From assembly GCA_044450345.1 (NCBI GenBank), contig JBIOIY010000029.1:1-37821 (forward strand): a stretch of 37,821 bases of DNA, in the 5' to 3' direction. Every line of letters starts with the position of its first letter. The stretch's first letter is position 1. The translations under genes were made by a program, and so were the position numbers. Shown piece after piece: positions 1 through 8,607 of this stretch. The stretch is from Thermodesulfovibrionales bacterium (lineage in GTDB: Bacteria; Nitrospirota; Thermodesulfovibrionia; Thermodesulfovibrionales; UBA6898). Below the pieces are notes generated by a model. It was not told where the DNA came from and did no database searches. It saw only the letters and a program-made list of their open reading frames with translations.

Positions 1-159
1 CAATTTTACAAATTCTGAGCGTCTCGGTTTTCGAAAGAACATCGCTATTACAGTTCCTTACAGAAACCAGCATAGTACTGGAAATGAACGATTCCGAAAA
101 CCAGTTGAATTTATTCACTTAACTGTCGGACGCTTGTGATGGCTATTAATAATTTAATA

Positions 160-189
160 TTGACAAAAGAGCGTGCAACTTGTTATAAA
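160..189 (+). promoter_or_regulatory. sigma70-type promoter of the dsrHEF-tusA operon
   Basis: TTGACA (160-165), 18-nt spacer, TGn-TATAAA (181-189), about 40 nt before the ATG at 231. Confidence 0.7.
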
Positions 190-230
190 AATAGCCTTGC
201 TGGAGTCAAATTTTTAACGAGGGGGAAGGT

Positions 231-527
231 ATGAAATTAGCTGTATTTGTTAGTGATTTCAAGCTGGCAACGGATACCCTTGACAGGTTAAAGGCCGACA
301 AATTGGGTATCATACTAGTTCAAAACGGCGTGTATCATGCCACGACGAAAGAGAACGGGAAGGCCTCTTCTGTGCTGGATAAAACACCGAATCTCTATGC
401 GTTGTCCGAAGACATACAGATAAGGGGCATGAAGGATGCCGATGTTGACAAGCGCGTCAAGACTGTCAATTACGGCGATGTGGTGGACCTTATCTTCAAC
501 GACTTCGACAAAATCGCGTGGCTTTAG
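231..527 (+). CDS. DsrH/TusB-family sulfur relay protein
   Basis: 98 aa; ILVQNGVY, LYALSEDIQIRG and VNYGDVVDL...IAW match the DsrH/TusB pattern; SD GAGGGGG. Confidence 0.8.
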   Translation: MKLAVFVSDFKLATDTLDRLKADKLGIILVQNGVYHATTKENGKASSVLDKTPNLYALSEDIQIRGMKDADVDKRVKTVNYGDVVDLIFNDFDKIAWL

Positions 528-536
528 GAGGAAAGC

Positions 537-896
537 ATGGGAACATTAACAATAGGATGTTATCCGGGACTTGTCGGCAGTATGAGTTATGATTTTGCCC
601 TGAAGCTTGCAGATGCTGCAGCGACCAAAGGACACAAGGTGAGCATATGGTTTTCGGGGAACGCAACCGGCTCGGTGAAGGCCAACCAGAAACACCTGAA
701 GGACTATTCGACGGGTGAGAAACATCTTAAGGCCCTTCTTGAAAAAGGCGTCGAGATCTGCACCTGCGAGGCCTGCACCGTGGCGAGGGGCATCAAGAAA
801 GACGAGGGCATCCCCGGCGTACAGTGGAACGCGATGCACTGGTACCTTGCAAAGATACACGCTGCGGACCGGGTCCTTCTGATAGGAGGTGAGTAA
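537..896 (+). CDS. DsrE/TusD-family sulfurtransferase
   Basis: GHKVSIWFSGNA and CTCEACTVARG, with Cys at the DsrE active-site position; SD AGGAGG. Confidence 0.85.
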   Translation: MGTLTIGCYPGLVGSMSYDFALKLADAAATKGHKVSIWFSGNATGSVKANQKHLKDYSTGEKHLKALLEKGVEICTCEACTVARGIKKDEGIPGVQWNAMHWYLAKIHAADRVLLIGGE

Positions 897-897
897 G

Positions 898-1308
898 ATG
901 GGTGATGTGAAACTTGCATTTATCGTACAGAGACCTCAGTACAAGGGTGAGACCTCGAGGCTCGCGATAACCCACGCGATCTCGTATCAGACGGTCGAAA
1001 TCCTGCTCGAAGACGGCGATACGGTGACACCGAAGCTCTGTTTCATAGGAGAGGGTGTGCTCGGTCTTCAGAAGGGGCAGAACGCAATGGATTTGTACGG
1101 CATCACGAGCACTGAATCACATATGAAAAATACCCTGCTTGTCGACCTGGATGTGCTGGTCTGCAAGGAAGACCTTGCAAAATACGGCATCCCCGAGGAT
1201 GCGATGCCGACTGCTGAAGATATGGGCGCGGACAAATCGATACAGGTAGTGCCTTTTTCAGAAATACAAAAGGCAATGGAAGAAGCGAAGCACGTTCTTT
1301 TCTTCTAA
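898..1308 (+). CDS. DsrF/TusC-like (DsrE/F family) protein
   Basis: LAFIVQRPQY, CFIGEGVLGL and VCKEDLAKYG; ATG at 898 follows SD AGGAGGT and lies just after the dsrE stop. Confidence 0.75.
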   Translation: MGDVKLAFIVQRPQYKGETSRLAITHAISYQTVEILLEDGDTVTPKLCFIGEGVLGLQKGQNAMDLYGITSTESHMKNTLLVDLDVLVCKEDLAKYGIPEDAMPTAEDMGADKSIQVVPFSEIQKAMEEAKHVLFF

Positions 1309-1351
1309 TTTAATAAAACAGGGTCTATGACCTGTAAGGAGGTAAATACAA

Positions 1352-1600
1352 ATGGGTGAACTGAGCAGCAAGACACCGGACCAGACGCTCGACGTCTTGG
1401 GTAGGGTATGCCCCTATCCGCTCGTCCTGTCCAAGAAGGCGCTTGAAAAGATGTCCAGCGGACAGCTTTTGAAGGTCCTCTGCGACGCCCCTGCATCGGC
1501 AGAAGACTCGCTCCCTAAATGGGCCGAGAAACAGGGCTTCAAGTTCGAGTCCGTAAAGCTTCCGGGCGATACCTGGGAACTCTTTATCCAGAAGTCGTAA
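1352..1600 (+). CDS. tusA: sulfur carrier protein TusA family
   Basis: LDVLGRVCPYP (CPxP motif), GQLLKVLCD; 82 aa; SD AAGGAGGT. Confidence 0.9.
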   Translation: MGELSSKTPDQTLDVLGRVCPYPLVLSKKALEKMSSGQLLKVLCDAPASAEDSLPKWAEKQGFKFESVKLPGDTWELFIQKS

Positions 1601-1619
1601 GCCGGACAGACTGACAGTA

Positions 1620-1648
1620 GAAGGGCGGTGCAAGCCGCCCTTCTTTTG
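1620..1648 (+). terminator. Rho-independent terminator
   Basis: GAAGGGCGG-TGCAAG-CCGCCCTTC followed by TTTT, downstream of tusA. Confidence 0.8.
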
Positions 1649-1714
1649 ACCATCCAACGTCGAGATCAACCGAACTTGTCTCTATCCGTCACAAAATCCT
1701 GTCACTCTCGTTCG

Positions 1715-2416
1715 TCATGGTTTTCCGTTCAGAAGTTTTACTACCGGATATCTATCCCAAAATTCGATTACGTTAACCGCTCCATAGTCCTGCTCGATCC
1801 TGAAGATGTTTTCGAGCGGCATGCCGAGGATGTCGCAAATGAGTATCCTGTTCACGCCTCCATGGGCGACTACCGCGATAGTGTCGCCTATATGCCGGTT
1901 CAGTATCTCGTTCAACGCCTTAACGACGCGCTCCTTCACCTCAAGCGTGCTCTCCCCGCCCACGGGGCTGTGCGCCAGGGGGTTATCGGCCCACGCCTCA
2001 AATTCCCCGGGAAATCTTTCCTTGATCTCGTTAAAAGTCATTCCCTCCCATACTCCGAACGACCTTTCCCGCAGCGCCGGCATCTTTACGGGCGCGAGCC
2101 CGTGAGGTCCGGCAATGATCTCCGCGGACTTGACTGCCCTGCTGAGATCGGAACAATATACAGCGTCAAGTCCCGGCCCGGCTTCTGTGTTTCCCGCCTC
2201 CCGCTCTTCCGTGACGGCCGCATCGTGAACGTCTTTAAGATAGCTCAGGTATTTCGAGCGCCCGGCATTGTTGAGGAGTTCCTCGATGAAGGCGGATGCC
2301 TCCCTTATCTGCAAGATGCCCTCTTCGGACATAGGGATGTCGATGCTGCCGTTATAGCGCTTAGGGCCGCCCCCTTCGAGCGCGCCGTGTCTGATCAGAT
2401 AGAGCGTAGTAACCAT
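1715..2416 (-). CDS. histidine phosphatase superfamily protein (CobC/alpha-ribazole phosphatase-like)
   Basis: LIRHG, CSDLSRA, LRERSFGVWEG, GGES and VVAHGG motifs; ~30-aa insertion before AVYCSD. Confidence 0.85.
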   Translation of the reverse strand: MVTTLYLIRHGALEGGGPKRYNGSIDIPMSEEGILQIREASAFIEELLNNAGRSKYLSYLKDVHDAAVTEEREAGNTEAGPGLDAVYCSDLSRAVKSAEIIAGPHGLAPVKMPALRERSFGVWEGMTFNEIKERFPGEFEAWADNPLAHSPVGGESTLEVKERVVKALNEILNRHIGDTIAVVAHGGVNRILICDILGMPLENIFRIEQDYGAVNVIEFWDRYPVVKLLNGKP

Positions 2417-2583
2417 GCTGACACCCCATTATAAAAAAGATTTCGGATATCCCGCTTATCGCCCAGAATATATCGCCGGTGAAAATAGTGTGTAGGAAAC
2501 GGCATTGAAAATCAACTGCAAAAAGTCCTTTGCGCCGCCTCTGCTTGAAAAGGGCGGTGTTGTTATAGTAAAATTCTAACTCT

Positions 2584-2668
2584 GCCGAAGTGGTGGAACT
2601 GGTAGACACGCACGTTTGAGGGGCGTGTGGAGTAATCCATGCGGGTTCGAGTCCCGCCTTCGGCACCA
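2584..2668 (+). tRNA. tRNA-Leu(GAG)
   Basis: GCCGAAG/CTTCGGC acceptor stem, D-loop GGAACTGGTA, anticodon arm CACGT-TTGAGGG-GCGTG, long variable arm, GGTTCGAGTCC T-arm, encoded CCA. Confidence 0.97.
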
Positions 2669-2937
2669 TCTCCCTCTTTTAGAATCAATTAGTTGTCCCG
2701 CTGAAATCTTCAAAAAGACCATGAACAACCCGTGAACAGATGGAACTATCTACGATTGCGTATTTAGACCTAAAGGAACGATCCTAACTAACCCTCGTCT
2801 CCCATCTCGTTATAAAAGTGCATGTCTGAATGGTCGAGAGGCGGAGCGGCAGGGAGCAGGGACAGGAGTCGCTGAAATCTCATTGACACCTTCTCACAAA
2901 GTATCCAAGAAGTTATAGGCAGCACAGTAAAATCTTT

Positions 2938-3069
2938 ATGGTTATTTTCAGGAAAGCAGAACCTTCAGACTTCCCCATGATCCTGGCGTTACAGAAACAA
3001 AACCTAATTCAAAATCTTGCATTCCAAGACCAACAGGAAACAAAAAAAGAAGTCAGGGCAGAAGGATAA
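2938..3069 (+). pseudogene. truncated GNAT-family acetyltransferase N-terminus
   Basis: Translates to MVIFRKAEPSDFPMILALQKQNLIQNL..., a typical GNAT start (FRxAxxxDxxxILALQ), but stops after 43 aa. Confidence 0.55.
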
Positions 3070-3117
3070 TTTATCTCAGGCTGAAAAGTAATGTAATCTC
3101 AAAACAGTTAAAGGATA

Positions 3118-3312
3118 TTATCCATTTTGAATATACATTCTGCCAATTGAGGTCATTTCCATTTGAAGAAAGCGTCCTTGGAATGAGCTTGTCGGATTTA
3201 TGTTAGGTACCCTGATTTCCCGATTAGGAACCATAAAAATGTGTTGGACAGTATTCAAACGTTGTTCTACTGGGAAAACAATATTCATCTCAAGAAATTT
3301 TATATCGTCCAT
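3118..3312 (-). CDS. hypothetical 64-aa protein downstream of the SDH protease
   Basis: ATG-start ORF 24 nt after the protease stop, same strand and composition; no clear SD. Confidence 0.45.
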   Translation of the reverse strand: MDDIKFLEMNIVFPVEQRLNTVQHIFMVPNREIRVPNINPTSSFQGRFLQMEMTSIGRMYIQNG

Positions 3313-3336
3313 AATTATATATATACATATAAGTTC

Positions 3337-4602
3337 TTAAGCGTCAATCCATCCCAAAAATTCTGTCTGAGATTCAACACTTGTTTTTAGGTCTTTTAAA
3401 TCTATGTGTCCGGGAAGTCCATTGGCAAGGGCCGTAATTGAATTATAAGTATTATTACACTGGTCAACCAAAGTACTGAGCGGCTGAATTGATGGGTTTT
3501 TCATTTGTAACGAAACAAGACTTGCCCTCAAATTGGCAAATTCAGTTTGCATTTGTAACACCCCGGTTTTTATTGTCTCGCCCTGTCTTTTGTTGGTTTC
3601 CATAGTAAGCAACACCTGCAATCTGAAATTTGGATCAGGGATTAAGGCTTTCTTAATTTTTTGGCGAACTTTAAACTGCGATGAAAAGGAAGCACTCTCA
3701 ATCATAACAGGGTAAGTTTCCAAGATCTTTTCATCTTCATCTCCCAAGAAAGCATTAAGGTCAAAAAACTCCTTAAGTTTCATTTCAGTTTCATAATCTT
3801 GGTATAGATCTAATAAAAGTGTCTCTTCTTCGGGTGTTGCATCCTTGACAATATTATCAAGGCCGATAGACTCCCGTGCTTCATTTCTGGATATGCTATG
3901 GCTATGTGTATATAATCTTTCTGTTAATTCGTCCACAATTATATCTATACTCTTTTGGCCTTCTCCTTTTAGGTGTAACGAAAGCAACTTTCTTGCAAGA
4001 AGCCTGATTTGAGAATGAGACCTCTTCACATTCCCCAAGGCCAACGGATGAACTTTTTTTGCTAATATTTTGAATACCTCGGTAACATTCGCTTCTTTTT
4101 TTATTCCTATAGGATTGTCTTGAGCAAGCGAAACAAATGATGTCACATCCTCAACACTGATACCCAACGGCTGCTTCGTATTTTCATCCGTGGGATTAAA
4201 GAGGTTTGCAACTGTTGGATCAATTGGGCTTAGTGAGGCTATCCCGCACATTACAATTTCATCTGCACCCAATGAAACTAAAGTTGCAGCACTGTATGCA
4301 ATTACTGGCACTAAAACAGAAAAAGACTTGCAGTAGTTTCTGATAGCATTTACTAAGGGCCAGGCTGTACTGGTGTCTCCACCTCTGCTATGAAGGAATA
4401 AATCAATTTTCTCACAGTTGCTTTCCTTCGATATGGCCCTCAAATGTCTGATTATCTGATGTACTTGATCGGGTGCAATAGATGCTTGGATGCCCTGTAT
4501 GGGATTAGAGGCATACCTATCCGAAGTAACTAAAGTGATTACTTTACTTCCTCTTTTTTTCTCTATCGCTTGTATCAGTTTCTTCCTGTCGGCAAGACCC
4601 AT
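3337..4602 (-). CDS. SDH-family (serine dehydrogenase proteinase) Clp-fold serine protease
   Basis: DLFLHSRGGD, AYSAATLVSLGADEIVM, LSPIDP and LYTHSHSISR motifs; extra C-terminal helical segment. Confidence 0.85.
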   Translation of the reverse strand: MGLADRKKLIQAIEKKRGSKVITLVTSDRYASNPIQGIQASIAPDQVHQIIRHLRAISKESNCEKIDLFLHSRGGDTSTAWPLVNAIRNYCKSFSVLVPVIAYSAATLVSLGADEIVMCGIASLSPIDPTVANLFNPTDENTKQPLGISVEDVTSFVSLAQDNPIGIKKEANVTEVFKILAKKVHPLALGNVKRSHSQIRLLARKLLSLHLKGEGQKSIDIIVDELTERLYTHSHSISRNEARESIGLDNIVKDATPEEETLLLDLYQDYETEMKLKEFFDLNAFLGDEDEKILETYPVMIESASFSSQFKVRQKIKKALIPDPNFRLQVLLTMETNKRQGETIKTGVLQMQTEFANLRASLVSLQMKNPSIQPLSTLVDQCNNTYNSITALANGLPGHIDLKDLKTSVESQTEFLGWIDA

Positions 4603-4677
4603 ATCCGTTCTCTTAACGCTTTTTTTTCTCAGGTTTTATTCTTTATTAATCTCGGCAAGACCCCTTCAGACAAAGGA

Positions 4678-4707
4678 AGAATACACAAAATTAAAGACTG
4701 CCGTCAA
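4678..4707 (-). promoter_or_regulatory. putative sigma70 promoter of the SDH protease
   Basis: TTGACG-18 nt-TATTCT on the minus strand. Confidence 0.45.
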
Positions 4708-4993
4708 TAGGAAACCGTGGCTCAAAAGATTGATGAGTCGGTCAGGCTGGGGGAACTCTATAAATCTTTCCAAGGTTCGGGATTTTTACGGGGCTATGAA
4801 TGCAAACCTGAACTCGGTATTGAGTAATTCCAAACAATTTTGACATAAACACCCTTGAGAATTGGCTGTGGGCGCAAGGAAATTTAAGGAGGCGTCATGA
4901 GCGGCCTTCACAACCTCTTTTTTTTCTCTTTGAAACAATATGTCCTTTATAGTAAAATTGTTCGTCGCTACACATTTTTCAAGGAGGACCTCA

Positions 4994-5203
4994 ATGGAAA
5001 AGAAGCATAGGGTCGGCGGTGTCGCTTTTATATTGTTTTTAGTGTGTATAGTGGGAAGCATTGCCGCCAGTTTCAGCCTTCGGGAGATACTTCCCCATCT
5101 GAACAAATGGCAAAAGGGCGGGTATGCCATTGTCGGAGGGATTTTCATCGCGATGGCCGCTGTGATACTGAATGAAATGCTATCGTTCTTTCAGAACGAT
5201 TAA
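4994..5203 (+). CDS. small two-TM membrane protein
   Basis: SD AAGGAGG before ATG 4994; two hydrophobic segments. Confidence 0.7.
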   Translation: MEKKHRVGGVAFILFLVCIVGSIAASFSLREILPHLNKWQKGGYAIVGGIFIAMAAVILNEMLSFFQND

Positions 5204-5296
5204 CCCCCGGTTTTCGGGTTTCCCGCGCATTAGGCGTGCCTAAATATTTTTATGGGGAATGCTCCTCGGCCCGATCGCGCAAGGATGAGGATGTCG

Positions 5297-5707
5297 ATGA
5301 GATCACGGGTTGTAATTGTCGATTACTCCGTGATGTATTACAGGGGCGTTGTGAAGAAGGCCCTTCCGGCCGTGAGGAGCGGCAAGTTTGTTCAGGTAAG
5401 GCATGGCGATACTGAGTATATAGTCCTTTCCCCCAAGGAATACTGTCCTTACCATGCCGATATTCTTGAAAGGTTCTGCAGGGAGAGGTCCATCGAGGGG
5501 GCATATCAAGAGGGGAAAAAGCGTTTTGACATCCACGACGCCGAATGGATAATCCAGGGCGGGGGCAAGTTCGAGATCGATGAGACGAAGAGACATATCC
5601 GCTTCTATGACAACTCAATGGCATACGGGAGATTCGAGGAGAAGGGACTGGCGGAGAAGGTCCGTCAGACCGATATGCTGAAGGATTATAAGGTTACGGT
5701 CGAATAA
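5297..5707 (+). CDS. Janus/Ocnus (PHPT1-like 14-kDa phosphohistidine phosphatase) fold protein
   Basis: GKFV...YHADI...GGGKF...SMAYG...DYKVT, colinear with eukaryotic PHPT1 motifs as recalled; start could also be 5252, 5285 or 5291. Confidence 0.7.
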   Translation: MRSRVVIVDYSVMYYRGVVKKALPAVRSGKFVQVRHGDTEYIVLSPKEYCPYHADILERFCRERSIEGAYQEGKKRFDIHDAEWIIQGGGKFEIDETKRHIRFYDNSMAYGRFEEKGLAEKVRQTDMLKDYKVTVE

Positions 5708-5751
5708 CCGGCTGTCATACCGGCTTTTGAAAGACTGATTCCATCTGAATA

Positions 5752-6027
5752 ATGAAGAAAATAGAGTGTCGTAAAGGATGCGGGGCGTGCTGCATAGCCC
5801 CATCCATTTCATCTGCCATCCCGGGGATGCCGGTCGGCAAGCCTGCGGGAGTGAGATGCATTCATCTTTTGCCTGAGAATATCTGCGATATCCACGAAAG
5901 TCCGGAACGGCCGAAAACATGCCGGTCTTTTCAGGCGTCCGAGGAATGCTGCGGGAGGTCCCGGCAAGAGGCGATGGAACGTCTGTCAAGGCTTGAGATT
6001 TTGACCATAGAACCGATGGGCCCCTAA
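5752..6027 (+). CDS. YkgJ/UPF0153 cysteine-cluster (Zn/Fe-chelating) protein
   Basis: [28 protein letters not shown]. Confidence 0.9.
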   Translation: MKKIECRKGCGACCIAPSISSAIPGMPVGKPAGVRCIHLLPENICDIHESPERPKTCRSFQASEECCGRSRQEAMERLSRLEILTIEPMGP

Positions 6028-6069
6028 AGTGGGCCATGCGAGGTATTTGCGACGTAAACAGCAGCTCCC

Positions 6070-8601
6070 ATGAAATCCTTCCCGATAGACGAGATACTTC
6101 CACAACTGAAAGACGCGGTCTCCCGTAACCCGTCGGTGGTCTTGCACGCCCCGCCCGGCGCAGGGAAGACGACCCGTGTTCCTCTGGCCCTGCTGGACAT
6201 ACTGCCTCCTGAAAAAGGGCGCATCATCATGCTGCAACCGCGGAGGATAGCCGCGGTTGCAGCGGCCCGGTGGATGGCAAGGGGCCTCGGGGAGGAGGCG
6301 GGTGAAACCGTGGGGTACTCGATCAGGTTCGACAGCAGGGTCTCGAAGAAGACACGTATCGAGGTCGTAACAGAAGGGATACTCACCCGCCGTATCCAGG
6401 CAGACCCCGGCCTCGAAGGGGTCTCTATGGTGATATTCGACGAATTCCATGAGAGGAGTCTTTATGCCGACCTCGCCCTCGCCCTCTGTCTCGATATCCG
6501 GCGCGGGGTCAGGGAGGACCTGAAGGTGCTTGTCATGTCGGCTACTCTCGATTGCGGCCCTATCTCTTCCCTCCTTGACGAGGCGCCGGTGATCTCGTCC
6601 GGAGGCAGGGTCTTTCCCGTTGAGGAGCATTATCTCGCCGACAAGACCCGGCCGCTTCCAGAACGCATTGCCGGCACTGTCGGTACAGCCTTGAGTGAGA
6701 CATCGGGAGACATCCTTATCTTTTTGCCAGGTGCCGGCGAGATACGCGCATGCAGTGAGGCGATCGAGAAGATGCCGGGCGTCCGGCGTGCGGGAATTAC
6801 CTTGCATCCTCTTTACGGCGACCTGCCCTTTGAAGAGCAGGAGCGTGCCATCCTTCCTTCGGAGAAACGAAAGATCGTTCTCGCCACAAACATCGCAGAG
6901 ACGAGCCTCACGATTGAAGGCGTGGGCGTCGTGATCGACAGCGGACTCACGAGAAGGCTTCAGCATGACCCCTCTACAGGCATGAACAGGCTCATTACCC
7001 TCTCTGTTTCGAAGGCATCCGCCGAACAGAGAAAGGGCAGGGCCGGCAGGCTCGGCCCGGGTGTCTGTTACCGCCTTTACGGCCGGAACGCCTTTCACGC
7101 GATGGTCCCTTTTGCCCCGCCCGAGATGTTTGTGTCGGACCTCTCCTCACTCGCCCTTGAACTTGCAGCATGGGGTGTGAAGGACCCCTCGGCCCTCTCG
7201 TGGCTCGATGAGCCGCCTGCAGTCGCCTGGGAGTCTGCTGTCAGGCTGCTTCAAGACCTCGGTGCGCTTGATAAGTCGGCCTCGGTCTCGTCTGCGGGTA
7301 GGAGAATGTGCCGGTTTCCCCTTCATCCGCGTCTCGCCCGGCTCATGCTGCGCGCTGAAGAACTCGGTTGCCTTCGCCTCGGCGCAGACCTCGCCGCCCT
7401 GCTTTCTGAAAGGGACGTACTCCGCCGTGGCATGTCGTCGGGCCGCATGGTACGCGATAGTGAACCTGATATCACTGCCAGGACCGATCTCCTGGGGCAG
7501 TGGCGTAAAGGAAGAGGGGCGCCTGATAACGCAGATCCCTGGGCATTAAGGTCGGTGGACAGGATTTCCGGGCAGCTGGTCGGTCTGATGCAGAGAACAT
7601 CGAAAGGCGCTGCTCAAGGGACAGCGGTTTCTGATGACATCTGCCGGTTGCTCCTTTGTGCATTTCCCGACAGGATTGCGCAGCTCCGCGAGGATGGAGA
7701 TGGACATTTTATACTTTCGCAGGGAAGGGGTGTGAGGCTGCCCTCAACAACGGGTCTCAGCAAAAGTCCTTACATAGTAGCGGTCAATGTTGATGCAGGA
7801 GAAAAGGCCGAAGGCATCGTGCATCTCGCTGCACCGCTTTCCGAAGAGCTCATCCGAAGGGAATTGAGCGGCCGCATCGAGCATGTAAGAAGGGTCGAGT
7901 GGGACAGGCGTGAAGAAAGGGTCATCGCAACAGTTGAAGAAAGAGTCGGCGCGGTTTTACTTTTATCCAGGCCTTTCACCCCATCGGACGAGGAGGCGCT
8001 GCCTATTCTCTGCGAGGCCATCAGCTCAAACCCCGGGATGCTCATCTTCAGTAAAGAGGCAAGACAGTTCCAGGGCCGGGTCGCCCTGATGCGAAGGACC
8101 TTCCCTGAAGAAGGTTGGCCCGTTCTTTCCGATGAGCATCTTCTCTCAAACCCAAAAGAATGGCTCCTGCCGTGGCTTCGGGGGCGGCGGAGCGGCCGGG
8201 ACATAAAGAATATGGATATGCTTCCGGCTCTTAAGGCCCTGTTTTCGTGGGAGAGGGCAAGGCTTCTCGAAGACCGCGCACCCTTAACAGTAGCTGTGCC
8301 GAGCGGACACCGTGTCGAGATCGATTATACCGTGGGAGACGTCCCGGTCCTTGCGGTGAAACTGCAGGAGATGTTCGGGCTTGCCGGCACCCCTGAAATC
8401 GCCGGAGGACGGGTAAAGGTACTGCTCCATCTTCTATCCCCGGCCCGCAGGCCTGTCCAGATCACGCAGGACCTGAAGGGGTTCTGGAACAGCGGCTACC
8501 AGCAGGTGAAGAAGGAATTAAAAGGCCGCTACCCGAAACATCCATGGCCGGATGACCCGTGGAACGCGGTACCCACGCGGAAGACGAAACGCAGGCTATG
8601 A
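6070..8601 (+). CDS. hrpB: ATP-dependent RNA helicase HrpB
   Basis: APPGAGKTT, DEFHER, MSAT, QRKGRAGR and the HrpB C-terminus (LLSPARRPVQIT, YPKHPWPDDP). Confidence 0.97.
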   Translation: MKSFPIDEILPQLKDAVSRNPSVVLHAPPGAGKTTRVPLALLDILPPEKGRIIMLQPRRIAAVAAARWMARGLGEEAGETVGYSIRFDSRVSKKTRIEVVTEGILTRRIQADPGLEGVSMVIFDEFHERSLYADLALALCLDIRRGVREDLKVLVMSATLDCGPISSLLDEAPVISSGGRVFPVEEHYLADKTRPLPERIAGTVGTALSETSGDILIFLPGAGEIRACSEAIEKMPGVRRAGITLHPLYGDLPFEEQERAILPSEKRKIVLATNIAETSLTIEGVGVVIDSGLTRRLQHDPSTGMNRLITLSVSKASAEQRKGRAGRLGPGVCYRLYGRNAFHAMVPFAPPEMFVSDLSSLALELAAWGVKDPSALSWLDEPPAVAWESAVRLLQDLGALDKSASVSSAGRRMCRFPLHPRLARLMLRAEELGCLRLGADLAALLSERDVLRRGMSSGRMVRDSEPDITARTDLLGQWRKGRGAPDNADPWALRSVDRISGQLVGLMQRTSKGAAQGTAVSDDICRLLLCAFPDRIAQLREDGDGHFILSQGRGVRLPSTTGLSKSPYIVAVNVDAGEKAEGIVHLAAPLSEELIRRELSGRIEHVRRVEWDRREERVIATVEERVGAVLLLSRPFTPSDEEALPILCEAISSNPGMLIFSKEARQFQGRVALMRRTFPEEGWPVLSDEHLLSNPKEWLLPWLRGRRSGRDIKNMDMLPALKALFSWERARLLEDRAPLTVAVPSGHRVEIDYTVGDVPVLAVKLQEMFGLAGTPEIAGGRVKVLLHLLSPARRPVQITQDLKGFWNSGYQQVKKELKGRYPKHPWPDDPWNAVPTRKTKRRL

Positions 8602-8607
8602 AACGGA

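Larger units (their letters stand above)
2669..4930. mobile_element. AT-rich tRNA-adjacent islet (remnant of an integrative element; no integrase)
   Basis: Visible drop in GC right after the tRNA 3' end, short TGAACA direct repeat at 2722-2739, a gene fragment and an atypical-composition CDS; right border approximate. Confidence 0.5.

Noticed and set aside
1628..2434. 268-aa + strand ORF
   Set aside because: Antisense shadow of the histidine phosphatase gene; no motifs
2361..2669. 102-aa minus-strand ORF ([10 protein letters not shown]...)
   Set aside because: Typical translation of a tRNA reverse complement
5986..7098. 370-aa minus-strand ORF
   Set aside because: Antisense shadow of hrpB
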